Below are positions 10,081 to 23,100 of a stretch of 64,000 nucleotides of DNA, in pieces. Below the pieces are notes generated by a model that saw only the letters and a list, made by a program, of their open reading frames with translations, ran no database searches and was not told where the DNA came from. Made by a program: the position numbers and the translations under genes. Location of the stretch: positions 548,848 through 612,847 of the forward strand of contig CP060225.1 of NCBI GenBank assembly GCA_023898485.1, given 5' to 3'. How positions within the stretch are numbered: position 1 is the first letter of the stretch; each line of letters opens with the position of its first letter. The stretch is from Candidatus Peribacteria bacterium (GTDB taxonomy: Bacteria > Patescibacteriota > Gracilibacteria > Absconditabacterales > Absconditicoccaceae).

Positions 10081-13000
10081 ATGCCACTCAAACACACCGA
10101 AGATATAAAGATTCAGAAAGCCAAAGAAGATTTGGCAGAACAGTATGTTGCTGAATTTAAGGATGAACTCACTGGTCTCAAGAAGATGGGTATTTCTTTG
10201 GTGGAGAAAAAAATGAAAGAGCTTCTCCTTCAAGACACAGAACTTACTGATAATAAAAAAGATTATAACCTGACTCGATGGCAAGAAACGCTTGCTTCGT
10301 TATCGCCTACACTCACTGATAAAGTCATCAATTTCCTCAAAGAAAAACAAAAACTCCTTCTCAAAGTCCAAACACAACAACAACTAGAAGCGCTTAAGCA
10401 GTGAATCGATCCAACAACAATCCCTGAAGAACAAGAAAGTGAATCAAATAATGCGCCACAAACCCCAGAAAATAATAATAATCCAGAAGATAATATCTCT
10501 CCTGAGGAGTCTCCTGACAATGTCCATATCGTCAATGCAGAAAATCCCATGATATGAGTAGGAGTATTGGGTTCAGGCATGGTCGGATGGGCAGGACAAG
10601 AAAGACGAGCTCATAATAAACTCTGATCTCGTGCTGAAAAACTTACAAACGCCATTAGTCAGAAAGAGCTCAAAACGTCGCTTCAAGAAATTCAGAAAAC
10701 CCTCGAAGCGCAAACACACAATCCCAAACTACTAAAATTCCAAAAGGATAATATCAAGAAAACACTCAAAGTATTCCAAGAAGCTGAAAAAAATAGTAAC
10801 GCTGTTGCTGATCTCAAGCTCCGAAAACAACTCGCCAAGACGAACAAAGTGTCTGGTGCACTTTTTGAAAAAATGAGCGCAAAAGAAATACAAGCTCTCA
10901 GCAAAAGTCTTGCCACTGTCGTCGATGATACTGCCTTTTTAGAGCAGATAGCGAAAACTTCTGATCCGACAGCCATCAAGTCCCTCCTCCAATCCAAAGG
11001 AATCACTACTATGACCGATACGATGGTCGAGTCGCTTGCGCGCATTGATAACGTGGATGATGTCGCATCACTGACGCGTGTCTTGAGTAAATGATCAGAA
11101 ATCAGTTCTCTTGCAAAAGCTGCTAAATTTCTTCCACTCATTGATGTAGCTGCATTATGATATGATCTCTACAATTGGAATCATGATAACAACCAGGCTG
11201 ATGCAATGAGAAATGCAGTAAGAAAAGACATAGCCCACAATCGTGCTAACGCCCATCTTGCTGCATGAGTAGCAAATGCTCTCTTAGGTGCTAGTGCCCT
11301 CTTGGCTTCCGGACCTCCATGATGGGTTGCTGTGGCAGGGGTTGCAGTCATAGAGTGATGAAGAGTAGCTGCAGATAAGCTCTACTACGATGTGCAAGAC
11401 TTTTATGGTCAAGATGAGGTAGATTTTGCTACACAGGAAGAGATACAAGTAGATCAAGCAATCCTTGACGCAGTGGCTGGAGGCGGACGAGACAACCTCT
11501 CTCTCAATGAGGGTGTCTGTGAGTTTTTTGGAGGTATCGATAAGAGCAAAAAGATGAATACCATACAGGATGCACTCTGGGCAAAGATATTTTTGGATGA
11601 AAAAGATGACTTCCCACTCGTCTATGAATATATGCAGATCCAGGCTTATAAAGCTAATCTAGAAAGCTATACTCCCGAACAACAGCAAAGCATCCATCAG
11701 CAAGCAAAAGCTTTTGAGTCTAAACAGACAGATTATGAAGCACAAAGAAAAAATCTCGATACTATTGTAGCTACGAGAATGGAATATATTACACCATTTC
11801 TCCCTGGTGGTAATCGCTTTGCCGAATTTACTCAGAATATCAAAAATAGTAAGGGTCTTGCTGCCATCAATACTATCGTAGCTCAGAGCAAGACATATCT
11901 CGAAATGAAGGCAGATCCCAACACACAAGCACAAACAGTAGAAGCATATCTTACAGAAAAAGAAACAGCGCTACAGCAAGAAAATCCTCATATATTCGGA
12001 GAGTTGAAAAAGATAGCAGACAATAACCCTCAGCAATATGATGAAATTATCCATCATACTCGTGCATTTAGCATGATAGATGAGGGTACCTATCGTGCAG
12101 AAAATACCACACTCTTCACTACGGCGGACTATCTCATCCGTTGGGATGACTGGTATCAGGCAAACCATCCCCATAATCGTACAACACTTACCATAGAAAA
12201 CGACTACAGTGGTATTGAAAAAACACTTACAGACTTATCACAATGAAAATCACTGCAATTTACTGTGACACCCTTCACACAAGAAGAATTATCCTTCTGA
12301 CTTGATAGTATAAGCAATAACAGTCAGGAGCAATATGCTGATGGTCTGTGACACAATGTATTGTATCGCTTCCTCCGTGAATTCTGTCATTATACTGGCC
12401 ACAATGACATGATAGAAATGCAACAGTTTGCTGAGGATGATGGTGGTGAAGCAAGAAATGATGCTCGTGGCATCTATTATGATCCAGCGGAAAAACAATG
12501 GTTCATCAATGACGATAATGCAAGAGATTGGCCCGTTAATCTCCATGATATGGAAACTATGACGCCTGAAGAGCGATGAAAAAAATACTTCTTCGGTAAT
12601 CCAGGCACAGGTAAAAAAGCTATCATAGATGGTGACACAGAAACAATAGATGCAGAAAAAACTGATGAATTTATCAACACCTTCATACGTATTATAGGAG
12701 AGGAAAAAGCACAAAGAACGCCAGAACACCAGAAAAAGGTGTCTGATGAAATCGTTTCTTATATCAAAAATAATGCTCAGACCAACTGATACATCCTCCT
12801 CCCTCATCATCTCATAGCTGCTGGTGTTCGTGCAGGCTTGGGTGAGATGCAATATTGGTTTTTCTCTCTCGACGCACAGTGAAAAATACTAGCTGTCACT
12901 GATGCTGCGCATATTTCATCACCACTACGTTTAGAAAACGTTGCCAAACAATACAACAGCACAAACTGAAATATACAATCTTTGCATAACTCCCAAGAAA

Positions 13001-13476
13001 AACAACAAGCAATCAGTCAGATAGATACTATGATACAAGAAATCAGCAAAACCATGGGAGAGTTGCAGCTTTCTGAAAGAGGCAAAATCTCCTATAATCC
13101 GGAAACGTGAGAATTATCATCATGGTGAACCACTATCACCTGTCTCTATGATACCAAGAAAAAAACACGAAATCTTGGTGATGCATTTCCTATTGTGTAC
13201 AAAAATATGAAAGATGCACTGTGGATAGCAAACCTTACCAATCGTATCAGGGCGTACAAAAAAGAACATGGAGATGCGGTATTTCAGCGATGATATATGG
13301 GTGTCAAAGATGGTCTGTATAACACTGCTACCACACCCGATACACAAATCCTTGATCCTGATACGATAGATTCACATTATGCTGCTAGCTTCTCCAAAAA
13401 ATGGAGAGAAACTATGATAGACTACTATAATAATTTGCCTGCAAAAGTTGACAAAGCAATATCTGAAAATGTATAA
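10081..13476 (+). CDS. Giant hypothetical protein B (1131 aa) with central hydrophobic Gly/Ala-rich segments
   Basis: ATG 10081 lies 21 nt after the stop of A, in the same frame. Track ORFs 10081-10404, 10849-11094, 11392-12246 and 12361-12579 are linked only by TGA. TAA at 13474-13476. Hydrophobic stretches include (G)VGVLGSGMVGWAG and AHLAA(G)VANALLGASALLASGPP(G)WVAVAGVAVIE. Confidence 0.7.
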
Positions 13477-13510
13477 TATATTATAATTCTTACTTCTTTC
13501 CTTATTTATC

Positions 13511-14386
13511 ATGCCTCTCACACTTGAAAACAAAAAAGATATTGCCTGACAGTTTGCTGAAGGTATTGCTGCTAAACAGGGTCTTCCTCTGCCTCAAGAA
13601 GCAAAAGACTTTTTCGTTGGTAATGTAATAAGCGAATGAGATAATGCTTTTGAAAAGGCATTTGATGCTATAGGAGATAAGCTGAAATCCAAATTATTGA
13701 CAGAAAGCGCTGCTAAACTTATTCCTGGCTTACACGAATTATCAAACCTAGAAGAACAAGTGAGAGAATCACTCGCAAAAGATGATCTTGCATGATTAAA
13801 ACAACTAGCTCAAGAAAACAATATTGTTGTCAATCTTCCTACCACTCAATATGAGTGAGAAGATCAACCCGCTCTCGCGGAAGTTAAAGAAGAAATTACT
13901 GATCAACAGCAACCAACAAAAACACCCGAAATCAATGAAACACTATGTGATACCAAACCACTAGAAGAAGCTAAAAAACACCTTGGTACCAAAGAATGAA
14001 CTGGAGCAGCAGATATATTTCTTACACCATTTATGGGTAAATGAGCTAGTGCAAAAAAGACCCCTTGGTGTGCTGGATTTGTATCATACTGTCTCAAAAA
14101 TACATGACATGAGGTTTCTAAAAATCCTGTTTCAGCAAAAAGTTATGCGAACGAACTTGGAAAATGACATATCGCTTTTTGGGATAAGGAAGCTAGGAAA
14201 ATGATAGCTGGAAACTATAGCGACAAAGTTGCTTACCAACCATTGCCAACTTCATTTGAGCGGAATACACCTGAAAGGATAGATCAAGGACTCTTTGATG
14301 GATTACCCGCACAGTCTCCTGATGAACTACCTGATGGCGCAATTATCATCATGGATCGCTGATCATCACAGCGCAATATGGCTTAA
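13511..14386 (+). CDS. Putative peptidoglycan hydrolase, NlpC/P60-CHAP superfamily (TIGR02594-like C-terminal domain)
   Basis: 291 aa with 10 in-frame TGA. The C-terminal region reads KKTPWCAGFVSYCLKNT(G)HEV...LGK(G)HIAFWDKEARKMIAGNYSDKVAY, which matches the WCaaFV ... GHVgf ... GGNQsdkV pattern. The candidate catalytic Cys codon is at 14069-14071. Confidence 0.55.
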
Positions 14387-14778
14387 TTTATAGCAACCTC
14401 CACTACATACATCGCCTCTTCATGTGATGTGTAGACAGGACAGGGATCGGCGAGGCAGGGCTGCATCGTGGTCTGATCGGCCACGTTTTTTTCAGAGTCG
14501 AGAAAATACATGTGGAGTGGGATGAGAGTGTTTTTCATCCAAAAAGAACGATACTCAGACTCCTCTCGGACGAACAGCATACCATATCACGCTGGGAGAT
14601 AAGTGCGATACATGAGACCTTTGGCTTTTTCGAGTGGCGTGGTGGCTACTTCGAGGATGGCACAGTGTTCGACACCAGCATCATATCGACAGTCATAGGT
14701 CAGTGGAAGCGGACGATAGGGAGTTATCATCGCCTGGAGTCATCGAGCGAGAGCTGTGGCTATGATAGATCATGTCAT
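14383..14778 (-). CDS. DUF192 family protein
   Basis: ...LEVATTPLEKAKGLMYRTYLPA(G)YGMLFVREESEYRSFWMKNTLIPLHMYFLDSEKNV...YVVEV. It extends track ORF 14383-14580 upstream through TGA. The convergent stop codons overlap by 4 nt. Confidence 0.6.
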
Positions 14779-14878
14779 CTGAACACTCCCCCAAAGAGAT
14801 AAAACAAGTACCTTGCACTACTCTACCAATTTACTATATTCAATACAAGAATACTTCATTATTTGTCATCTCTGCATC

Positions 14879-15526
14879 ATGCTCAAAACCATTAGACGAA
14901 TTATCACTATACTTTTGCTCGGTTTCATCGCGACGCTGCTTTGGAAGATCGTCCAGCAAAACAAAACACAGCTTGTCATCGATGATCGTGCACCACTCAT
15001 CGTCCAGCAGCTTCGTGCTGTCCAGAGACTAGAGACTACGGAGATGAAAGTGACCAAAATTCTCAAAGGAGAACAAGAATTATCAGACTATCTTCCAGGA
15101 TTTGATCGGGACAACATCGTGTCTGATTTTCTTTTTGGTGAATCAGTATCGATGGAAATTTATGGAACCGTCACAGCGGGGTTTGATCTCAGCCAACTCA
15201 CCACAGGAGCAATCATCAGTGTCGGGACAGGACTCGTGGATATCCAGTTACCGAGTGCGGAGATACTCCATGTCTCCCTCGATCCTGAGACACAGGTCTT
15301 CGATAGAGACCTCGGCGTACTCAACAAGGGCGATGCAACCACAGAGACCAAACTCAGAAACCAAGCACTCGATATAGTCCGTGAAGCTGCTATCCAGCAG
15401 TGAATACTTGATGAAGCTGCGATTAATGCGAAAAGTGCTTTGCAATCCTTGCTCGGCACCAGTGCCACTGTCCGTGATATTACCATCGTTCCCGCTACTG
15501 ACCAGACCAATTCGTCACAAGAATAG
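14879..15526 (+). CDS. DUF4230 family membrane-anchored protein
   Basis: MLKTIRRIITILLLGFIATLLW TM anchor, then ...VTAGFDLSQL...IQLPSAEIL.... One in-frame TGA (15401-15403). TAG at 15524-15526. Confidence 0.55.
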
Positions 15527-15584
15527 ATCATGAATCGTTACCTGTAGCAAAGATAGTTATCTTTTAGTATCTTCTTCTCATTCT

Positions 15585-17861
15585 ATGAAAACATCACTTG
15601 TTATCAGTATTGCGGCACTCTTGGTCAGTGTACCTGCGTTTGCTCAGACCATCAATGATGAACTTAGCGATCAGATACAAACAGAAACTCTCTCTCTTGA
15701 TCTCCAGTTTGAAGAGGTCGCGAGCTGTACTGCGCTGGATAGTCGTATCAAAGAGTGGATCGAAGATCATAAAGATATGCGAAATAAACGTAATTACTAT
15801 ATTATGGAAGATGCTGCATCATATGGTTTTGGTGTCAATCCAGCGCGTATGGATGTAGTATGAATAGCTGGTTCTGCATCGGACACCTCTGCTGTTGCAA
15901 ATGAATCTAGCATCCAATCCTCTACCAATGATTACTCTACTACCAATATCCAAAAGGTAGGAGTCGATGAGCCCGATCTGTACAAAACCGACGGTGACAT
16001 CCTCTACTACTACAATAATACAGACCACATGGTCTACCTCATCCAATCTCCACTCGACCGTGCGAACCAGACGATCACCCTGTCTGATATGCAAATTCTT
16101 GCGCAGATCAAAATACCTGACACACTACAGTCTAGTAATCTCTATGTCTACGATGATGAACTTATTATCATCGGTAGTAGACGAAAAGAAAATCCTCGCA
16201 GACGAGGATGGTTTGATGGATCATCGACGACATTTGTCGCGCGCTACGATGTCAGTAGTAGTACCAGTTCTACACTGATCAACTATACTGAATACGATGG
16301 CTATCTCCTGGATAGCAGACTCTCCCTCACCGATGGCACACTGATCGTCATGACGACGGTGTCTCCTTCATGGTATAGTATCTGGGAAGATGATGTCATC
16401 GCTGATGATGAAATGGTCCTCCCGAGGACTGTAAGTATCACACCTACTGCTACAAGTTGGGAAAGTAATGTGACGAGCATAGATTGTGCGCAGACATTTT
16501 TACTCTTGCCAAGTGATGATACACTCGAACAGATCGGTGACTGGCCATCGTTTACCACTGTCCATACAGTAGATTTGGCAACCGATACAACATCAGACTA
16601 TGCGACGTTTGGTTCTGCGGGTCAGGTCCATGTCTCCCAAGACCATATCTACCTCGCACAAAACATCTGGCTCCCACAGGGTCAGTACAGCTGTCCAGCT
16701 GATGCTCGCTGCGCGATGCCTCTCATTTGGGGCGGTAACAATAGTACACTGATTCACGGTTTCAAGAGAGATGGTATCCAGGTTTCTTATCAATGATCCA
16801 ATCTCGTCGAAGGATTAGGGCTCGGTGATCAGTATAGTATGGACGAACAAGATGGATACTTTAGGATCTTGACATCCGTCTGGTGGCCTGAACAAAATAC
16901 CCATCTCTGGGTACTGGATAAAGACCTCAATCTCGTAGGCAAGCTCACCGATATCCAAAAGGGTGAAAGTTTCCAGTGATCACGCTTTATCGATGATAAG
17001 CTCTATCTCATCACCTTCGAACAAGTGGATCCTATGTTTGTGATTGATCTCGCTGATGAAGAACATCCAGAAATTATCGGTGAACTCAAGATGCCTGGTT
17101 GGAGTAACTATCTCCATCCTATCGAAAGTGGTAATGATGGTAATATCCAATATCTCATCGGTGTCGGCTATGATGCAGGTGAGAATGAGTGGGGTGGTAC
17201 CCAAGCACAAGGGGTGAAAGTAGACCTCTATGCAGTCAATTATATCCAAAAAGAAACGACAGACTCCCTTTGTGGATCGCTTGATAGATCAAGTGAGGAA
17301 TACGCGACTTGTCTCGAAAACGTCGATACCAATCGCATACGTGTCGATCGTCTGGATAGTTTGATTTTTGGAGAAGATCAGAGCTATACTCCTGTCGCAG
17401 AAAATCCTAGACTCTTCGTCTATCGCGAAGATACCGGCGAACTAACACTCCCACTGCTTGAGAAAGCCAAGAGTAAAGAAATCAAACGCTGTACCGTGAC
17501 ATATGAAAACGGTGTCGCTACCGAAACTGGTGACTGCTGGGCGGAGACACAATATGCAGACACTTTCGCTGGATATAAGGTCATCAGTATCGACCCTGCT
17601 CAGTGAGATGATGCTATGAGTGTAGAGTTTGAGCGTAACTTTTTGGATCAGATCGTTGCAGCACTCGAAGCAAACAGTGGCAATGGCGACTACTACTACG
17701 AAAAACAATACGGACTCGGTTCATGGACCTTCGAACAGATGGGTCCGAGAGTAGCTTTTGCAGGAGATGCACAGCTGTTTTTGACGAATTTCTTCGTCAA
17801 TGCAACCATTGGTAATCAAGAATATACACTTCCACTTGCAGGGACAGAACTCAATGAGTAA
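15585..17861 (+). CDS. Secreted beta-propeller domain protein (Beta_propel/COG4880-like)
   Basis: Signal peptide MKTSLVISIAALLVSVPAFA. Track ORFs 15585-, 16029-, 17025- and 17616-17861 are in one frame. The motif (G)SRFIDDKLYLITFEQVDPMFVIDLADEEHPEIIGELKMPGWSNYLHP is characteristic of this family. 758 aa. Confidence 0.7.
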
Positions 17862-17901
17862 TATCGCATAACATTTATATCGTTCTATTCTATCAGAGAT
17901 A

Positions 17902-18558
17902 ATGAAAAAAGTACTAGCAATCATCACCGCCCTTATGCTCGGTGTCGGTATGTTCTCTCCTGCGCTCGCAGCGACCAAAGAACAACAACTCCAAGAAATC
18001 CTTCAGCTCCTCGACTCTGAACTCGCTAATTGGGAATCTACCCAAACCAATAATAGCGAAGAGCTCGCAGACGCAGTCACGACTATCTACAATCTGGGTA
18101 TCACAAAATACAGTACTCCTAGTACTTACATGGCTACCAATGCCATCAGAAGAGATGAAGCTGCGACTATGTTTTATAGATTAGCAAACAAACTTGACCT
18201 ACTTGGTAGCACATCGAGCAATAGTTGTACGTTTTCTGATATCAGTCAGGCACACAGCGATCTCGTAGATATCGTGGTCAATAGTTGTAAATATGGACTC
18301 TTCAAGGGCGATAATGGTAAATTCTTACCTACATCATCTATTACGAATGCGCAGGCACTCACCGTCCTGACTCGTATGCTCGATGGTACCAAATCAGAGA
18401 ATACTGGTGGACACTGGGCACTCAACTACTACAACTACATGAAAGGTGAATGATATACCACCAGTCTCGCTGCTAACTCGAGCAGCAACTTGGATAGAAC
18501 GATCACCAGAGGAGATATCGCTATCATGTTAGCGAGGATTTATGAGGAGAATAAGTAA
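17902..18558 (+). CDS. Secreted protein with SLH-like (S-layer homology) repeat
   Basis: Signal peptide MKKVLAIITALMLGVGMFSPALA. The segment FSDISQAHSDLVDIVVNSCKYGLFKGDNGKFLPTSSITNAQALTVLTRML fits the SLH consensus. One in-frame TGA. TAA at 18556-18558. Confidence 0.5.
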
Positions 18559-18608
18559 ACAATATCAAATTATATATGAAATCTCTGGTGTGGTGTTGGG
18601 GATTTTAC

Positions 18609-19400
18609 TTATCGATGATACTGCTCCACATATGTCTCAAAATGCTTTATGCTATCATCATACGCATTGAAAAGGAAAGGTTGCACATCACGTATCAGAT
18701 ATCCTTTATCTTGTGACTGGATGATATCTATCAGATATGCAATAGTAGACTGACGATCGTGCCATCATAATAACTGATCTAATATTTCATGATTTGGATG
18801 AATGCCCTTATCCATCAAAAATTTCAGATCGAAATAATCTCTTCCTTTTGCTCTTCTGCGCTGTCCGATAGTATATATTTTCATTGCCATAATGACTTCC
18901 AATGGCGCAACCTGTATTAATGCATTGGTACCAAAGGTGGTAAGAGGAATAATCATAGGCTCATATTGCAACTGTTGATCATGTGTATCTACTTTAATGA
19001 CAAGTTTTTCTTGCACTTCTTCTCTCGTAGTTGGAGCAAGTCCATAATTTGTTAGAATATTTGATAGTTTGATAGTAGCATGATACGCTTGCTTATGTGT
19101 ATATTTTACCTCTGTTTGCAATCACAAGAGTGCTAGCTGATCACAGAGATGTGCTATGATCACTTGAAACCTCTCATAACTAATACCTGTGTTATCAAAA
19201 TCAAGATCTTCAGAAAATCTTGGCAATCCATGCACTATCCTCAGCGATGTCCCACCGATAAAGATCAGCTCCCCTGCATCCGGTCATCTAAACAGATACT
19301 GCAATATCACACACTGCAAATATTCCCTCAAAATATCCCTCCTATGTATTTGAATAGGCTCAGGATAGACAGACAAGAGGCTGTCTCGACTATACAACAT
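18609..19400 (-). CDS. AbiEii/AbiGii-family nucleotidyltransferase toxin (type IV TA)
   Basis: MLYSRDSLL...RRDILREYLQCVILQYLFR(G)PDAGELIFIGGTSLRIVHGLPRFSEDLDFDN.... The track ORF 18765-19121 is extended on both sides through 3 TGA codons. 263 aa. Confidence 0.8.
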
Positions 19401-20013
19401 CCTCATAGATATATGCTATAAAACGATTTACTCTTTCTCTTAATTTTTGGTTGGAATAACGCTGACCGTAATACTCTAACTTCTCTCTATCGATCACCAT
19501 ACGTACCTCATCACTATCTATCCTCCACTCATCAAAAGCATCAGCATCATCCATCTCATGATGATAATAGAGATAATCGATGATTGCCTTTTCTGGTTCT
19601 GCCATCAGTATCGTGCGATCATCATAATGCAATAATTCATATCACCGGAGATACTGACTCGTGATGCTATGATAGTAGAAAATACTCACATCACTCACAA
19701 ACGACTGCGTCTTACGTGTCGTGATACTCGTCACTGATGGAACTATCTCTGGGATGAAGTTGTAGTAGCGTAGGGCAGTCTCCAAACTCACATATGATGG
19801 ATGATAGATATGATTGGCTATCTCTCGAAGATCTTCTTCTTGCACAAGACGATCGCGGATGGCATACCATCATCTTCTGATCTGCACTATCTTGGCAGTC
19901 TGCTGTCGATAGTAGAGATGTTGCGATGTTAGCGATGGGAAAAACTTCCTCACCTGTTGCGATGAAAAATACGTCTGTGTAGGGAAAATTTCTAACAACT
20001 CTTGTCGCTTCAT
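19390..20013 (-). CDS. AbiEi-family antitoxin/transcriptional regulator
   Basis: MKRQELLEIFPTQTYFSSQQVRKFF...RR(G)WYAIRD...YVSLETALRYYNFIPE.... Two track ORFs (19642-19845 and 19390-19632) are joined. Its 3' end overlaps the toxin start by 11 nt. Confidence 0.75.
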
Positions 20014-20027
20014 TTCTCTAATATATA

Positions 20028-20071
20028 AAATATAATGAAAAATTTATATATAATAGAAATATAATGAAAAA
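20028..20071. promoter_or_regulatory. Two copies of the 15-mer AAATATAATGAAAAA (29-bp spacing) upstream of abiEi
   Basis: Copies at 20028-20042 and 20057-20071, 15-60 nt upstream of the abiEi start codon. Candidate autoregulatory operator/promoter. Confidence 0.4.
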
Positions 20072-20145
20072 ATGGGAGAGTGCAAGGAAATAATACTGAA
20101 TTGAAGCATGGCGATGATATGAGTTAATCCTTCTAATGAAGGTTA

Positions 20146-23100
20146 TTATTTCTCTTCTACAATTAATAAAATCTTTTTCTTTACATGATCTACTTTATTT
20201 TTTAGTATTTTTCGTGGTGTTTGAGGCGGAAATAATATTTCTTTTTCTTTTGCTGAATGGTCACTTGTACTATACTTTTGGACATCTACTCATGAATGCG
20301 AATTTGTAATAACTATTTGAACTGAGTACTGATCATTAATATTTTGACTTACTTCATTATAGTCTATATCTAAATCTAAAATTATCTCATGTTGTTTATC
20401 TGATTTATTCGTGTGTCAGTCCGTTTGTGGCAAGTTATTTTTAAAATAACTTCACAGACTTTCCCTAACATCCCTAGTTGTTGAAAAATATCCATCATCC
20501 TTATAGGTATCACCCCTTTTCAGATTTACTATATATTGAATTAAATTTTCATCTTCTGTATTAAATCACCTATATAAAAGTTTTTTTTGGTTATATTTTT
20601 CAAATCTATTTTCCTTAAATCATTTCCTTAAAAAATATTCTCATAACACTGAAACCTTAGGATCATTCACATCTGGATTTTCAATCAATTTAGTTATCTT
20701 TCATCTCGATATATGATTATATCACTTATAATGATCTTGAGAATACAAGTTCAATGCCCACTGATAATAGTCTTTGTCTGAAAAAAAAGTTGTTTGAGGA
20801 CCAGAGAAAGATTCTAATCTAACACCCCCTGAGAGTATTTTTTTAAATATATACTTTTTTTGATGATCATTTAATGAATTTATATATTGAATATACTCCC
20901 GACTTATTTTGTTTCTATTTGGTACAAGCGCATTAACCTTCTCCCGGATATGATGGTTTTCTGAATTTTTATAATCAGTAAATGTTTCAAAAAATTCTTC
21001 AAAAAATGTGGCATTTGTACCATTAATGAATAGCTCGTCTGAATTATTTCTCGTTCAAAATATCGATTTTAAATCGTTGTATGATCATGCATCGTAATAA
21101 TAATAAGAAAGTTGCAATCAATATATTTCCTGCACAGGGATTCATATTTCTTTACTCAATTGCGCTATTTCTTTTTGATAAGCAAGAAATTCTTCTTGAT
21201 CCATTTTTCACTGTGCGTGTTTACCTATACTATCATTTGTCAGTAAAAATTTCGCAATCTTTTCTTCTTTTCAAGTAATACCTATGGCATTTAACAAATC
21301 ACTTACTATTATCTTTGCGATATTATGTTGTTTATCTTTTGATAGTCACATTTTGATTGCAATCGCCTTAGGTATATCATGTATGAGTAATATCTTTCAT
21401 ATTAAATCAATATATGACCTAGGTAACCTGTTGAATGATTTTCCAAACTCCTTCATAACTAGTTCAGTATGACCTCTTAATATTTCATGTCATGGATCGT
21501 CTACACCTGTTGGGAGATCAAAAATATCTTTGAACTTAAAAAAGTCATAATTTTCTTTATTAAATATTGCATCCTTTATTTCTAGAAATCACATTCATTT
21601 ATATTTCTCTAACTGATTTTTGAAATAATTATATTCAAAATCATCGTTAATTTTAGTTTTATAATGCATATTTTTTATCATACTAGGAATATCCCACTTC
21701 CCACAAAATCCACCTTCCAACAAAAATCTTCTGACTCCCTCGTCGGGTATGGTGGTTGTAAGCAGCTTAACTTTCGCTTTGAGTTCAGCTGGAATGAGTT
21801 TGCCGAGCTCTCCTGGGAGGAGATGGGTGCCGATGATGGTCTGGATCTGTGCATCAGTGAGATCTAGTTTTTGACCAGTCATGGTCTCGTATTGGGTCTT
21901 GATGCGGTCTCTGATCTGTTGGAGATCTGTGGTACTATCCATCCATCTACTGTTTTCTCTCGCCTGCTTACTATCAAATCAGAAGCGAGAGGATTTTCAG
22001 AAGTAGTCATTAAACTTCGCTGTCTCCGGAGAGAATGATCAGTCATTATTGATGGACTTAATATCAGTATCGTGAAATACAACTATCTCGTTTCTCTGTC
22101 ATTTTGTAGCAATCACTCCATCAAATCAATTACCTTTTAAGAATTCATCATAATAAGAGTCGTTCTTTATTCTTATTAATAGCGATAAACATTTTTCTAG
22201 ACTATAGTCTCATCATTCTTTAATATTTTTTGCAATGATATAATCCTGACTTCATGTATCGCCCTGTTGAATAATTTTACTTACTATATATTCATTGATT
22301 TCAGTAGAATATAGATTGAATCCATTTACTTGATCGAAGCCTTTATATGGATTCCTCACATTAAGAAACATAGCATACTGAACACTAGCATCTTCTGTTA
22401 AATGGAATTGTAATATAATATTATGTGTATCTGGTGTAAAGTAAAATCATTTACCAAAAGCATTATTTTTTGATTTTTTAATATCAAAATAATTAAATTG
22501 CTTGGAGGAGAGGTGATACACCATCAACGGCTCCCCATTTTCATCAACTACCTTACTTACCTGTGTCTTATCAGCACTAGTTCGATCACCAAATCGATTT
22601 GTAAACTCTGGTGTCCTGACCTGTAGCCATGTCTTGAGAGCTTGTTGTTCGCTAAATCAGTCAGCTTTCATCTTTGCAAAGAGTTGACTTGGTTTTTTCT
22701 CACCATTGACTTCTACCAATATACTTTGAATAGATCCATCTGGTTTGAGAGTAATATTTCCTCAGAATAGTTCATCTTGTAGAATAGCTTCTAAAGCTTG
22801 AGGGTTTATAATTCCTTTCAATAATTCTGGATGAGATTCGATAATGACTTGTGCCTGTTTACTCATTTTTTCATGTGTAATCTTCTCGTTTGGTGATTGT
22901 TTGGTTTCTAGCCCACTCTTATTATGTCTCATATGTTCTAGCATCTGAAGATCCTCCTCATATGATTTTACTAGGGCTTGGAGAGTTTTTTTTTCTTCTG
23001 TTCCTATTCATGGTTTTTGGAGTGTTTCTTGTGCTAGTTTCTTCGATTGCTCTCCTGACTGTTTGAGCTTCTGATAGTCAACTGTCTTGAGTCAAGTGAT

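Noticed and set aside
6643-14386. Giant genes A/B plus the hydrolase as a prophage tape-measure/tail plus endolysin module.
   Set aside because: No terminase, portal, capsid, holin or other phage hallmark is present in the flanks, which are recA, DUF192 and DUF4230. The idea is kept only as an alternative to be excluded by profile searches.
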